A stretch of DNA of 44,688 bases, taken from NCBI GenBank assembly GCA_964579845.1, contig CAZOHC010000006.1, positions 1-44,688 on the forward strand. The letters are read 5' to 3'. The notes under the pieces were generated by a model. The model was given only the letters and a program-made list of their open reading frames with translations. It was not told the DNA's origin and ran no database searches. The number at the start of each line of letters is the position of its first letter. Positions within the stretch are counted from its first letter, which is position 1. Below, piece after piece: positions 27,813 to 36,769 of the stretch. Origin of the DNA: an uncultured Gammaproteobacteria bacterium. GTDB lineage: Bacteria; Patescibacteriota; Microgenomatia; Levybacterales; UBA12049. The position numbers were made by a program, and so were the translations under genes.

Positions 27813-28937
27813 TTAGAAGCGACCGGCAGCGACAACTGTTAAGGTATCAGCATAATCACTCGCTGCAGCTTGATCTGTTTCCGGTCTGACGAGCGCACAG
27901 AGTGTCAATTGATCACCTGACGTTGTCCCGTTTGAGGCTGCGATCGGTTGAAGTGTCGTAGAAAGCGTTCCGCCAGTTGTTGAAGTGGCACAGACATCAC
28001 CGCCATCATATTCCTGGCCGTAATTTGCAGCTTGGCTAACCGTCCCGCTCCCATCACCATCTGTGGTTATAATCACATCAAGCAGATAGCCATAGGTCGT
28101 ACCTGTGAGATCTGTTGTCGCGTTATCAACTGAACCGGGTGAGTCAATCGTCGCACTGGTGAGCGTTGAGGTGAGATTGCCGTTCGCGCTACCTACCCAG
28201 GCTATCCAACCGTTGGCACCGTTTGTCGAGATATCAACAGTCGAATCTCCGTTATTCACAGATCCTGGCGTGAGAACGCCAAGTGCGATATCCGAACCGG
28301 TCGAGAACGTAAATGATTGAGCGATGGATGCGGTGACACCGATTTGATCATCCTGAACAGCAAGTGCAAAGGAGTCTGTATCAAGCGCTCCGTCACCGGC
28401 AGTCAATGTCTCAATCGAACCAAGCAGGTTATTACCGGCACCACTTGTTGTCAACGCGTCAGGGTCAGTCCAACGGAAACAATACTGTGTTGAGGCACTC
28501 AGGTCACCACTCGGAAAGGTTACTTCTTTTGTGGTATCACTGGCATCTGTCGCAGTTGCGATACTCGGCCACGCAGTCGCACCGTTTGGCAAGTCAGTGG
28601 TTGCAACAGTCCAGTCTGCGACTGTTTCACTCAGCGTAAATCCTGCAGGAAACGTGACGACAACTTTTCCTTCGGTTCCGGTATCAGCACCTGGAGTAGT
28701 CGCACAAACTAGACCGGTAGTGGCTGTAGAGGCAGCCATCCTATCAAGCCGCACATAGGTAGCACCGAAGGTCGCTGCTTTTACACGAGGTATCGTCAGA
28801 TACGGAGCGAGAACATAGAACAGGAGAGCTGAGATAAGGAGGAGTGCAATTTGTTGATCTAACCGAAGTGTGACCGTCGTTACTGTAGGCAGTTTCATAG
28901 TAAAAGACGATGAGTAGTATCGCCTATACTTTAGCAT
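27813..28937 (-). CDS. Secreted surface subunit (N-terminal module shared with 14994-17648; C-terminal strand motif shared with 23864-24922)
   Basis: 374 aa. YVRLDRMAASTATTGLVCATTPGADTGTEGKVVVTFPAGF aligns with LVRLDRLTPQTALSGLICATPSAADSGTEGRIAVTFPLDF. ATG 28898 is an alternative start. Confidence 0.7.
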   Translation of the reverse strand: MLKYRRYYSSSFTMKLPTVTTVTLRLDQQIALLLISALLFYVLAPYLTIPRVKAATFGATYVRLDRMAASTATTGLVCATTPGADTGTEGKVVVTFPAGFTLSETVADWTVATTDLPNGATAWPSIATATDASDTTKEVTFPSGDLSASTQYCFRWTDPDALTTSGAGNNLLGSIETLTAGDGALDTDSFALAVQDDQIGVTASIAQSFTFSTGSDIALGVLTPGSVNNGDSTVDISTNGANGWIAWVGSANGNLTSTLTSATIDSPGSVDNATTDLTGTTYGYLLDVIITTDGDGSGTVSQAANYGQEYDGGDVCATSTTGGTLSTTLQPIAASNGTTSGDQLTLCALVRPETDQAAASDYADTLTVVAAGRF

Positions 28938-29050
28938 AATATAGTTAGGAAGAGTTTGTCAAGAACAATCGAACACTCAGACTCTCTGGCTCTCTGATAC
29001 TTCCGAAAACCTGATCTTCTGATACTCTGAGTTTTCTGAGTTTTCCGAAC

Positions 29051-30202
29051 TTACTGCAGGTACGATAACGGATTGACGAGTGCGCCGTTTCGGAGGATCT
29101 CAAAGTGGAGATGTGGCCCTGTGGTTCTTCCTGTCATACCGACCCAACCGATAATTGTCTGACCGGCAACGACTTGCTGACCGACACTGACATTCACCCC
29201 TGAAAGATGGGCATAATGACTTCCCATCCCTGCCCCATTATCAAGATAGACATTGTTTCCATAGCCGCCGTCATATGTTCCGACACTGACTTTGGTCACG
29301 GTAGCATTATGTGCGGCAACAATCGGTGTTCCGACGTTCGCGGTAATATCCAATGCCATATGATACCAGCTCGCTGACTGGCTGATTCCACCACGAAGCG
29401 GCCAGGTGAACCCGCCTGGTGAGACAGAGGTCGCAGGACCCTGCGCGATGTAGACCTGCTGTCTCCTCGGAGAACTCGGCCGTTCTGACGGTTTGATACC
29501 GTCAGGAACAATCAACATCTGTCCCTCAACAAGCGTGAACGTTTCCGGATTGGCAAAATCATTAAACGGAAAGTCAACGATCTTCTGGGCATCTGTGTCA
29601 TACTTCTTCGCGATTGTATAAACCGTATCGCCTGATGTAACTTTATGTGAAACGCCTGAGACAGGCAGAATCTTCAGCTCATCGCCGACCGTCAGATTGT
29701 CAGAAGAGAGGTCATTGGCCCATTTCACGGTATCAGCATCAATGCCGAACTTTTTTGCGATGGTTGAGATCGTATCGCCTCCCTGCACCCGGTAGGTTAT
29801 GACCTCATCCCGAGGCTTATCCGAGATATCAGTCTGGAAGACATTCTCACCGATAAAGATAGACTGTTGCGTCTGAGGGGTCGCGACACTCAGAGAGGAA
29901 GTGTTCGCTTGTGCAAAAATCGGATATGTATCTGCGATGTAGGGTGCGATCAGAACACCAATACCCAGAACTCCCATGGTTGTCAGATGGAGAAACGGAC
30001 GATTGTATCGTCCGCGCTTCATGAGGAAAAACTTTACGAGATAGTTCTTGTTCTTTTCAAAATAGTGTGAAAAATCCAGAACTCTCTTCTTTAGATAAGA
30101 GAACAAATAGATGAGGAATGCGATAAAGAGGCCGAGGAAAGCCTTGATGGCGTGTTTTTTGATCATCGGAACAATGATACGTGTGAAGCTAAAGTGTAGC
30201 AA
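29051..30202 (-). CDS. LysM (x2) plus M23 metallopeptidase
   Basis: TM anchor and two LysM repeats (YRVQGGDTISTIAKKFGID..; HKVTSGDTVYTIAKKYDTD..). M23 motifs are GYGNNVYLDNGAGMGSHYAHLS and GMTGRTTGPHLHFEI. Confidence 0.9.
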   Translation of the reverse strand: MLHFSFTRIIVPMIKKHAIKAFLGLFIAFLIYLFSYLKKRVLDFSHYFEKNKNYLVKFFLMKRGRYNRPFLHLTTMGVLGIGVLIAPYIADTYPIFAQANTSSLSVATPQTQQSIFIGENVFQTDISDKPRDEVITYRVQGGDTISTIAKKFGIDADTVKWANDLSSDNLTVGDELKILPVSGVSHKVTSGDTVYTIAKKYDTDAQKIVDFPFNDFANPETFTLVEGQMLIVPDGIKPSERPSSPRRQQVYIAQGPATSVSPGGFTWPLRGGISQSASWYHMALDITANVGTPIVAAHNATVTKVSVGTYDGGYGNNVYLDNGAGMGSHYAHLSGVNVSVGQQVVAGQTIIGWVGMTGRTTGPHLHFEILRNGALVNPLSYLQ

Positions 30203-30225
30203 AGTTTGCCCTAACGGTCAAATGA

Positions 30226-31533
30226 TTAGGACTTCCCTAAATTCTCTAAAAAGGCTTCGTTTGAGTCTGCCTGAGAGAGTTTCTCAATAAGAATACTCGT
30301 CCGTTCATTCTCACCAAGCATATCCATCATGCGACGCATTGTCACAATCTTCTTGTAATTCGCTTCTGAGAGCAGTAACTCTTCCTGTCTGGTTCCTGAC
30401 CGTTCGATGTTGATCGCAGGATAAATACGACGTTCAGCAAGTCTACGGTCAAGATGCAACTCCATATTACCGGTTCCTTTAAACTCTTCATAAATGAGGT
30501 CATCCATACGCGAACCGGTATCGACCAGTGCAGTTCCGATAATAGTTAAGGAACCGCCTTCCTGACAGTTGCGTGCAGCACCGAAGAATCGTTTTGCAGG
30601 CCAGAGTGCAGCAGGATCAAATCCTCCTGAAAGCGTTCGGCCGGACGGAGCAACCGAGAGATTATAAGCGCGAGCCAAACGGGTGATGGAATCAAGCAAT
30701 ACGATAACGTCTTTTCCTGCCTCAACCATGCGTTTTGCACGTTCCAGTGTGATTTCAGCAACTCTGGTCTGGTTTTCAGGCGGCTCATCAAAGTTACTTG
30801 CGACGACTTCACCTTTGACGGACATGGAGATATCAGTGACCTCTTCAGGTCGCTCACCGATCAAAGCAGCCATCAAGTGTGCTTTCGGGAAGTTCGCTGA
30901 GATCCCGGCCGCAATTTCTTTCAGAATCGTTGTTTTTCCGGCTTTCGGAGGTGAGACGATCATACCGCGCTGACCGAATCCGATCGGAGCAACGAGATCA
31001 ATAATTCTGGTAGAGATCGGTGTCTTTCCTGTCGCAAGCACAACCTGTTGTTTCGGATAGATCGCATTCAAGTCATCAAACCAAGGCCGACGCATTGAAT
31101 CCTCAGGACTGCCTCCGTTGACACCCTCGACCTTGAGCAAGCCGTAATATCGTTCTGTATCTTTCGGAGGTCTGGCGACACCCTCGACCAAATCACCGGG
31201 ACGCAGCATAAAGCGCCGGATCTGTGACTGAGAGATATAGATGTCACGACTTGACGGGATAAATTTCGGACGGAGAAACCCATGTCCTTCCTGCTGTACA
31301 TCAAGAATTCCTGAGACAGTCTCAGTCGGCTGTGCGTTGATCACCGGAGTCCCGTAGCTACTTTCTTCACGATAGTGGCGGGATACAGGTGCGGAAGCTT
31401 CTGTCGTCGTGTCAGGTGTGACAGGATCAACAGACGCAGTTGTTTCTTTCACCGGCTTTGATTTTACCGGTTTTTCTTCAGGAACACCGATAAAGTCATC
31501 GACTGATGGGGTTGTAGTTTTTTTTGTTGCCAT
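30226..31533 (-). CDS. rho: Transcription termination factor Rho
   Basis: 435 aa with an OB/RNA-binding part (GFLRPKFIPSSRDIYISQSQIRRFMLRPGDLVEG). It has Walker A GQRGMIVSPPKAGKTT, LIGERPEEVTD and a C-terminal RIYPAINIERSGTR. Confidence 0.95.
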   Translation of the reverse strand: MATKKTTTPSVDDFIGVPEEKPVKSKPVKETTASVDPVTPDTTTEASAPVSRHYREESSYGTPVINAQPTETVSGILDVQQEGHGFLRPKFIPSSRDIYISQSQIRRFMLRPGDLVEGVARPPKDTERYYGLLKVEGVNGGSPEDSMRRPWFDDLNAIYPKQQVVLATGKTPISTRIIDLVAPIGFGQRGMIVSPPKAGKTTILKEIAAGISANFPKAHLMAALIGERPEEVTDISMSVKGEVVASNFDEPPENQTRVAEITLERAKRMVEAGKDVIVLLDSITRLARAYNLSVAPSGRTLSGGFDPAALWPAKRFFGAARNCQEGGSLTIIGTALVDTGSRMDDLIYEEFKGTGNMELHLDRRLAERRIYPAINIERSGTRQEELLLSEANYKKIVTMRRMMDMLGENERTSILIEKLSQADSNEAFLENLGKS

Positions 31534-31885
31534 ATTATAGTCTTTCTTTCTTCTTCGAAGCGAAGAGTAAACGACTCAAAACGAAATTATATTCGGACAG
31601 ACAAAACACTCGTGAAAATACCTGTTCAAAAGATGCTTTGGATGTATACGTCTAAAATAGGAATTTGTTTCGTATTAGGATTTAGGATTTCGTCTCAATA
31701 CCATTGAATTGAATCTTTCGTAACCGTGGGATGTAAGCTCAATGTAGATTTACTCCTCGATTATACACCACGAACCGGGATGTTTGTCAAGGAGCAGTCA
31801 AATTACAGACTGCAGACTACAGATTACAGATTTCGGAAGCAAGCTATAGTTTTAGCTCCTCTCAGTCATCTATCCGCTGATCTTC

Positions 31886-31914
31886 TTGACTCTTCACCCT
31901 ATCATTGCTATTAT
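31886..31914 (+). promoter_or_regulatory. Sigma70-type promoter for the DUF11 surface gene
   Basis: TTGACT(31886-31891), a 17-nt spacer, then TATTAT(31909-31914). Confidence 0.55.
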
Positions 31915-31948
31915 CCACGCACTAGAAAGCCTATATTTGTCGAATGCT

Positions 31949-32647
31949 ATGAAACTATTCGCATCAGTTATCACGGGGTTTTTGATCCTCCTCGCCGTCT
32001 CCGGATCAGTCATGGCACAGGAGCAACAAGCCTGTCGTCCCATTTTCGGGGGCGGACCGTCCTGCGTGCAGCAGGGTGATCTATCCCTTGATAAAAAAAT
32101 ACACAATCCCCAAACAAATCAGTTTGTTGATACTATAGATACCGACATCACTCCCGGACAGACGATCAGGTTTCAGGTTACCGTTCGGAATACAGGCAGC
32201 CGAACCATTGAAAACATCGTCGTGACTGATATATTTCCCCAACACATAACGTTTACCAGGGGTCCTGGACAGTTTGATCGTACGACCAATATCCTCACCT
32301 ACCCGATCGACCGACTTGAAGGCGGACAGACAAATTCCGTAACGATTGAAGGAACAGTCGCGACCTCGCTGCCACAGACAGCTAACCTTCTCTGTGTCGT
32401 CAATCAAGCAACAGCAGAGCAGGGACGAAACACCGGAACAGATTCACTATCGTTCTGTTTACAAACGACAGGATCTGCTCAGACGCAAACAACAGGCCCT
32501 ACGCCCACCGGGCGGCAGACAGGCCCACAAGTCGGACAAACACCAAATGTCTCCACCTCACCGAAAACAGGTCCTGAGTTACTCGCACTCATCGGACTGA
32601 TTCCTGCCGGAATCAGCGGGCTTTACCTCAGGCGAAAAACTACCTAA
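31949..32647 (+). CDS. Sortase-anchored DUF11-repeat surface protein
   Basis: ATG 31949 gives the signal peptide MKLFASVITGFLILLAVSGSVMA. ITPGQTIRFQVTVRNTGSRTIENIVVTDIFPQHITF is DUF11-like. The C-terminus has SPKTG, a hydrophobic stretch and RRKTT. Confidence 0.8.
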   Translation: MKLFASVITGFLILLAVSGSVMAQEQQACRPIFGGGPSCVQQGDLSLDKKIHNPQTNQFVDTIDTDITPGQTIRFQVTVRNTGSRTIENIVVTDIFPQHITFTRGPGQFDRTTNILTYPIDRLEGGQTNSVTIEGTVATSLPQTANLLCVVNQATAEQGRNTGTDSLSFCLQTTGSAQTQTTGPTPTGRQTGPQVGQTPNVSTSPKTGPELLALIGLIPAGISGLYLRRKTT

Positions 32648-32689
32648 AAGTATAATCTTGCTTGCCAAAATTAATTCTCAATTCGATGT

Positions 32690-35551
32690 TTATCCCTCGA
32701 AAATATTCCCCTCTTCAAGCGTCTTTTTCGGTTCTCCTGGGTGATTAGTATCTTTTTTCTGCGCTTTCTCTTGCATCATGCTGTTGGGGTGCTGTCTCTT
32801 ATGAAACGGTTTTCCCGCATGTCCTGATGCATGGTGCGGTTTCTGCGCATGAGGCTGCTGTCCGTTGTCTCGTTCTGATGCATTCCGATGCTCAGATCCG
32901 GTGGAACTTCGAGGTTGTGCATGTTGCTTGGTATCATCGGAACCGGAATTTTTCTGCTCGTTATTTCTATCAGACTTCGCAAAGAATTTTTCCTGTGACA
33001 GGTCAACTGATGCCCTATCCCGTTTTTCTTCAGGTTGTGTCTGTGGCTTCTGTGCCGGCTGGGCGTGTTTCGGAGGCTGGTTTTCTTTTCGTTCGACCTG
33101 TTCAGGTGAATGTTGCTTCGGTTTCTCAAACGAGGACTGCTCACGCCGTTCCGGTGACGAAGGTCTATTCTCGTGCTTACGTTCCCCACCTTGTTGCTTA
33201 GACTGATTAGCTTGTCCTCCAGGCGGCTTTTGCCCGCCTGCTTGCGGTTTCTGCGTAGGAGGTTCGCTGTATACACCGGGAATCGAGATCAGGACATCTT
33301 CTTTCACAGGCTTCATATATCGCTCACGACTCATCTTCATCACTTTTTCCCGATTCTGGGTCACGGATCGAGGTAGTGGCAGCGTAAAGCACATAAACGG
33401 ACTGGAGGTCATCCCGTCAATCATCATCTTCAGAATAGCCTGGTAATTCCCGAGTGCGAGCACATCTTCTTCTTTGAAGCGTTCGACGAATTCTTTCGCC
33501 AGATACGGACTATCCCCTGCACCGACGAGGAAGGTCATAATCGTCCCGCAGTTCCCGAAGATCGCAAGCCTGACGTCTTCGTCGATCTGTCCCATATACT
33601 GGTTCGCCAGAATCAGATTAAGGCGGTATTTTCGAGCTTCAGAGAGAATTTTGATAAACGATGACGTCGCGAAATTCTGGAACTCATCCACATACAGGTA
33701 AAAATCCCGTCGCTCAGACTCCTCCTGAAACGCACGACTCATCGCAGCCAATTGCAGTTTTGTAATAATCATCGCACCCAGAAGTGCTGCGTTATCCTCA
33801 CCCAGTTTTCCCTGCGACAGGTTCAGCAGGAGAATTTTCCCCTCATCCATGACTTTGAGGAGGTCGAGTGATGACTTCGGATTTTTGATGATGTTCCGGA
33901 TGACGGTACTGGAGACGAACTGACCGACTTTGTTCTGAATCGGTGAGACTGCCTCTGTTCTCATCTTGTCTGAATACATGTTAAATTCATTTAACCAGAA
34001 ACTTTTCAGCACCGGATTAGTGAGGCGATCGAAGACTTTGGCACGGAATTTCGCATTCGCAAGCATCTCAGGCACCATAAGCAGCGTCGCATCAGGCATT
34101 TCGATGACTGATGCGAGTGTATTTCTCAGAATGTATTCAAGTCGTGGTCCCCAGGACGTTCCGTACAGTTTATTAAAAATCGCGACAATGCCTGAAACCA
34201 CGAGTTCTTTCTGCTCCGGATTATTCACTTCAAGCGGATTCAGAGAGAATGCATTCTGCGTGTCTGAGGGGTCAAGCGAGATAATGTCATTCACCCGGTA
34301 CGACGGAACATAATCCAACACCGTCTCACACAGATCACCATGCGGGTCGATAATACAGAAGCCCTCACGATTTCGCATATCATTAATCGCCATATTCGCG
34401 ATAAAAGTCGACTTCCCGGTACCTGTTTTTCCGATGACATAGAAATGGCGTCTCCTGTCGACTTTTTTAATCCCGAAGACCATCTGACGGTTTTTAAACT
34501 CCGTTCTCCCGAAGAAATTTACGTCTGCTTTCTGCTCATCAGTCATGAATTCAGCAACAGGCAAATTCTCCGGTGCATCCGTCAGAATCACCTTATGCCA
34601 GGCGATATTCGGAATCGTCGAGAGCTGCATGCCGGGGAAATGGAACAAAGTCGCCAGCTCCCGGACATTCAGAATCTGATGCGTCGGGGTAAAATACTGT
34701 GAACGATCCTGCATATGCTTGAGAAGCCGCTGTTTCTGCCAGAGAACAGGCTTACTCAGATGCAGACTGCTACCTGCAGGATTGTTAAATGACGAGAATG
34801 AATGCGCGATCTCGGTCATAAAATGATACGATCGCTGTTTCGTCGGACCGTTGGTCGCGATTCTGATGGCTGTTCTGAACCCGGCATAGGCGACTTTCTC
34901 GAGAATTTCTTTAGCTTTCGGATTCGGGTGTGCAGTACCGGCACTATCGACTGTTTTTTTATTCGCCTCATGTTCACCTGAACGCTGCCAGGAATCACCT
35001 ATAGGGTATAACAGGTACTGAATCACCGCGACATCTCCGGGCTGAGACTTCGAAAGAATACCGAGGATAGACGAGATCGGATCGACATCCTTAAACGTAT
35101 CGAAGGTTTTAATCGGCAGTAAACCGCCGGTGAGCTTCAGCTGGGTATAGGAGAGCGTATCTTTTTTCGCGAGCATCTCAGGCAGATAGTCTTTGACCCG
35201 TGAGATGAGTGCTTTCGGATACTGCGCGACGAGCTGACTCTCGATAAACGCCTGGTAGTCAGGCGGTACTACGAGGAAAAATCTGATCTGCTGATCGACA
35301 ACCCCGATCTCCAGGCTGATCGGAATCCCCCGCTTCAGAAAGACATAGTGCCTGAATCTGAGCTCGGTCAAACTGCTTAAAAACTGCACTGTCGATTCAG
35401 GTGTTTGTTCTCCGGTGCGTGACGTGCGTATTTCGAGGACAACATGTTTCGGTGACTCATACGCATCCTTAGTGGCTACCATATAGCTTACATAATAGTG
35501 TATCTGAGGCTTCGACGCAACGTGGACAATGCCAATGTGAGCCTGAAACAA
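32690..35551 (-). CDS. VirD4/TraD-like type IV coupling-protein-family ATPase with a long disordered Q/P/K/H-rich tail
   Basis: 953 aa with Walker A GKTGTGKST and Walker B-like FYLYVDEFQNF. The ARKYRLNLILANQY motif is present. The last ~230 aa are low complexity. ATG 35482 is an alternative start. Confidence 0.85.
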   Translation of the reverse strand: MFQAHIGIVHVASKPQIHYYVSYMVATKDAYESPKHVVLEIRTSRTGEQTPESTVQFLSSLTELRFRHYVFLKRGIPISLEIGVVDQQIRFFLVVPPDYQAFIESQLVAQYPKALISRVKDYLPEMLAKKDTLSYTQLKLTGGLLPIKTFDTFKDVDPISSILGILSKSQPGDVAVIQYLLYPIGDSWQRSGEHEANKKTVDSAGTAHPNPKAKEILEKVAYAGFRTAIRIATNGPTKQRSYHFMTEIAHSFSSFNNPAGSSLHLSKPVLWQKQRLLKHMQDRSQYFTPTHQILNVRELATLFHFPGMQLSTIPNIAWHKVILTDAPENLPVAEFMTDEQKADVNFFGRTEFKNRQMVFGIKKVDRRRHFYVIGKTGTGKSTFIANMAINDMRNREGFCIIDPHGDLCETVLDYVPSYRVNDIISLDPSDTQNAFSLNPLEVNNPEQKELVVSGIVAIFNKLYGTSWGPRLEYILRNTLASVIEMPDATLLMVPEMLANAKFRAKVFDRLTNPVLKSFWLNEFNMYSDKMRTEAVSPIQNKVGQFVSSTVIRNIIKNPKSSLDLLKVMDEGKILLLNLSQGKLGEDNAALLGAMIITKLQLAAMSRAFQEESERRDFYLYVDEFQNFATSSFIKILSEARKYRLNLILANQYMGQIDEDVRLAIFGNCGTIMTFLVGAGDSPYLAKEFVERFKEEDVLALGNYQAILKMMIDGMTSSPFMCFTLPLPRSVTQNREKVMKMSRERYMKPVKEDVLISIPGVYSEPPTQKPQAGGQKPPGGQANQSKQQGGERKHENRPSSPERREQSSFEKPKQHSPEQVERKENQPPKHAQPAQKPQTQPEEKRDRASVDLSQEKFFAKSDRNNEQKNSGSDDTKQHAQPRSSTGSEHRNASERDNGQQPHAQKPHHASGHAGKPFHKRQHPNSMMQEKAQKKDTNHPGEPKKTLEEGNIFEG

Positions 35552-35667
35552 GTCCTTGCCGGAGAGTAGATAGTAGAAAATAGAAGGTAGATCATCTACC
35601 CTCCTACTTCAACCCTCCACCCTGAATTCCCAATTCGATAATTAAACAATTAGTAATTAACCACCTA

Positions 35668-35696
35668 TTGACGTACTATAGGACATGTGCTATAAT
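35668..35696 (+). promoter_or_regulatory. P1: near-consensus sigma70 promoter
   Basis: TTGACG, a 17-nt spacer (tactataggacatgtgc), then TATAAT. Confidence 0.6.
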
Positions 35697-35780
35697 CCCC
35701 TTCATCTCATCAATATTGATGAGTTTTTGCCCGCCTGCATCGCATATGCGAAGCATTTCGGGCAGGTTCTCGACATTTTC

Positions 35781-35878
35781 GTCATCCTGAACGAAGTGTG
35801 ATTTATCCATTGAACATATCAATGAAATCACCCTGATTAGGGAAGGATCTCAAGATTCTTCGCTACACTCAGAATGAC
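35781..35878. repeat. R2: composite nested palindrome in reverse orientation relative to R9
   Basis: gtcatcctgaac..gtgtgatttatccattgaacatatcaatgaaatcaccctgattagggaaggatctcaagattcttcgctacactcagaatgac. Its reverse complement matches R9 almost base for base over ~70 nt. Confidence 0.8.
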
Positions 35879-35943
35879 AGTTTAGAACAGCACATTGAAA
35901 GTTACAGAGGAAAATTGTACTGAAATCTGATGATTCATACCAT

Positions 35944-35995
35944 CGGCTTTGGTTTCGGTCCTGCAACAAGCCTTGCAGGCCAGAATCCGGAGCCG
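35944..35995 (+). ncRNA. Conserved hairpin motif, copy 1 (UUCGGUCC..ACAAGCC..GGCCAGAA)
   Basis: Outer stem CGGCUUUGG/CCGGAGCCG and inner stem CCUGCA/UGCAGG. Both stems differ from copy 2 yet stay complementary. Confidence 0.5.
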
Positions 35996-36592
35996 AACGT
36001 GGTGGATCGTCAGGCCTTCCTGTTCATAGAACATGGGACGCTTCCGACCAGTTTGGCTTCGGCATAATCTCTTATCCAACTTAATTCAATTTGGAAGGAG
36101 GGGAAAATGCCGCGTGCACCGCCTAAAAAACGGTGAAACTTGGGTATATGAAGAATATACCCACTTAATATAGATCGCGGAGCCTTGGCTGACGGTGCCC
36201 CGGGCATAGCCTGCGGGATTCGGCCGATTGGCTCAAAATCTCACACTCATGCGAGTGTGAAAATTGTGTTTAACTGAAGTGAGGAGGGCGGATTGCGAAC
36301 GCTGATACCTCCGTAAGGAGGGAACGTTTTGCGCCTGGATGGGCGCTAATTTAGCCTCCCCCGTCACGTTTCCGGGGTTCCCCATATCGGGGAACCCCAG
36401 TTCTTACACCAGTACAACATACAGCATTGAAGCTGACAGCTTCGTTCCCCTATCGCTTGCGATAGATCGAACGATCCCAGGCTCTCAATGCCCAAGCTGG
36501 CTCGATTTATCGGCCACTCCTCTGTAACTTACTATCAACCCCCAAATCCCCCACTTTTGAAATTCCAAAACATTACCTATTTCTAAACTCGT

Positions 36593-36706
36593 GTCATGCT
36601 GATCAGAGTGTGATTTATCCATTGAACTTATCAATGAAATCACCCTGATTAGAGAAGAATCTTTTTTATAAGATCCTTCTCTCGATTTCATCGGGATCAG
36701 GATGAC
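36593..36706. repeat. R3: composite nested palindrome
   Basis: gtcatgctgatcagagtgtgatttatccattgaacttatcaatgaaatcaccctgattagagaagaatc..gatccttctc..gatcaggatgac. Confidence 0.75.
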
Positions 36707-36734
36707 AAAAAATATAATCCCAACTAGAATACCC

Positions 36735-36763
36735 TTGACATTTATTATAGGCTTTGCTATACT
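36735..36763 (+). promoter_or_regulatory. P2: near-consensus sigma70 promoter
   Basis: TTGACA, a 17-nt spacer (tttattataggctttgc), then TATACT. Confidence 0.6.
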
Positions 36764-36769
36764 TCTCCT

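Larger units (their letters stand above)
35703..36592 (+). ncRNA. Candidate structured noncoding transcript U1 (3' end undefined)
   Basis: No credible ORF. It contains many capped helices: GGGTATAT/ATATACCC 36142-36162, TCACACTC-atgc-GAGTGTGA 36241-36260, CCTCC-gtaa-GGAGG 36308-36321, GGGGTTCCCC-atatc-GGGGAACCCC 36374-36398 and CTATCG-cttg-CGATAG 36450-36465. Confidence 0.35.

Noticed and set aside
35924-35932. Additional hammerhead-like strings: CUGAUGA at 35926; CGUGA-cucg-UCACGAAAC at 37873-37892; UGAUGAGUCUU-gac-AAGAC at 38838-38859; UUCAGCUCGAAAC at 38935-38947
   Set aside because: Each has only one half of the core. Either CUGAUGA lacks a following stem II plus GAAA, or GAAAC lacks a preceding CUGAUGA. 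The 38838 string is also the -35 region of P4.
35944-35995. Twister ribozyme, suggested by GGUCC..ACAAGCC resembling the twister GGUCCCAAGCCCGG segment
   Set aside because: Only that short string is similar. The cleavage-site UA internal loop, the P1/P2 arrangement and the pseudoknot partners could not be found. The call is left to a covariance-model search.
36107-36136. 9-codon ORF MPRAPPKKR behind GGAAGGAGGGG
   Set aside because: It is too short to support. The purine-rich stretch lies amid densely predicted helices, so it is equally likely to be structural. It is only noted.
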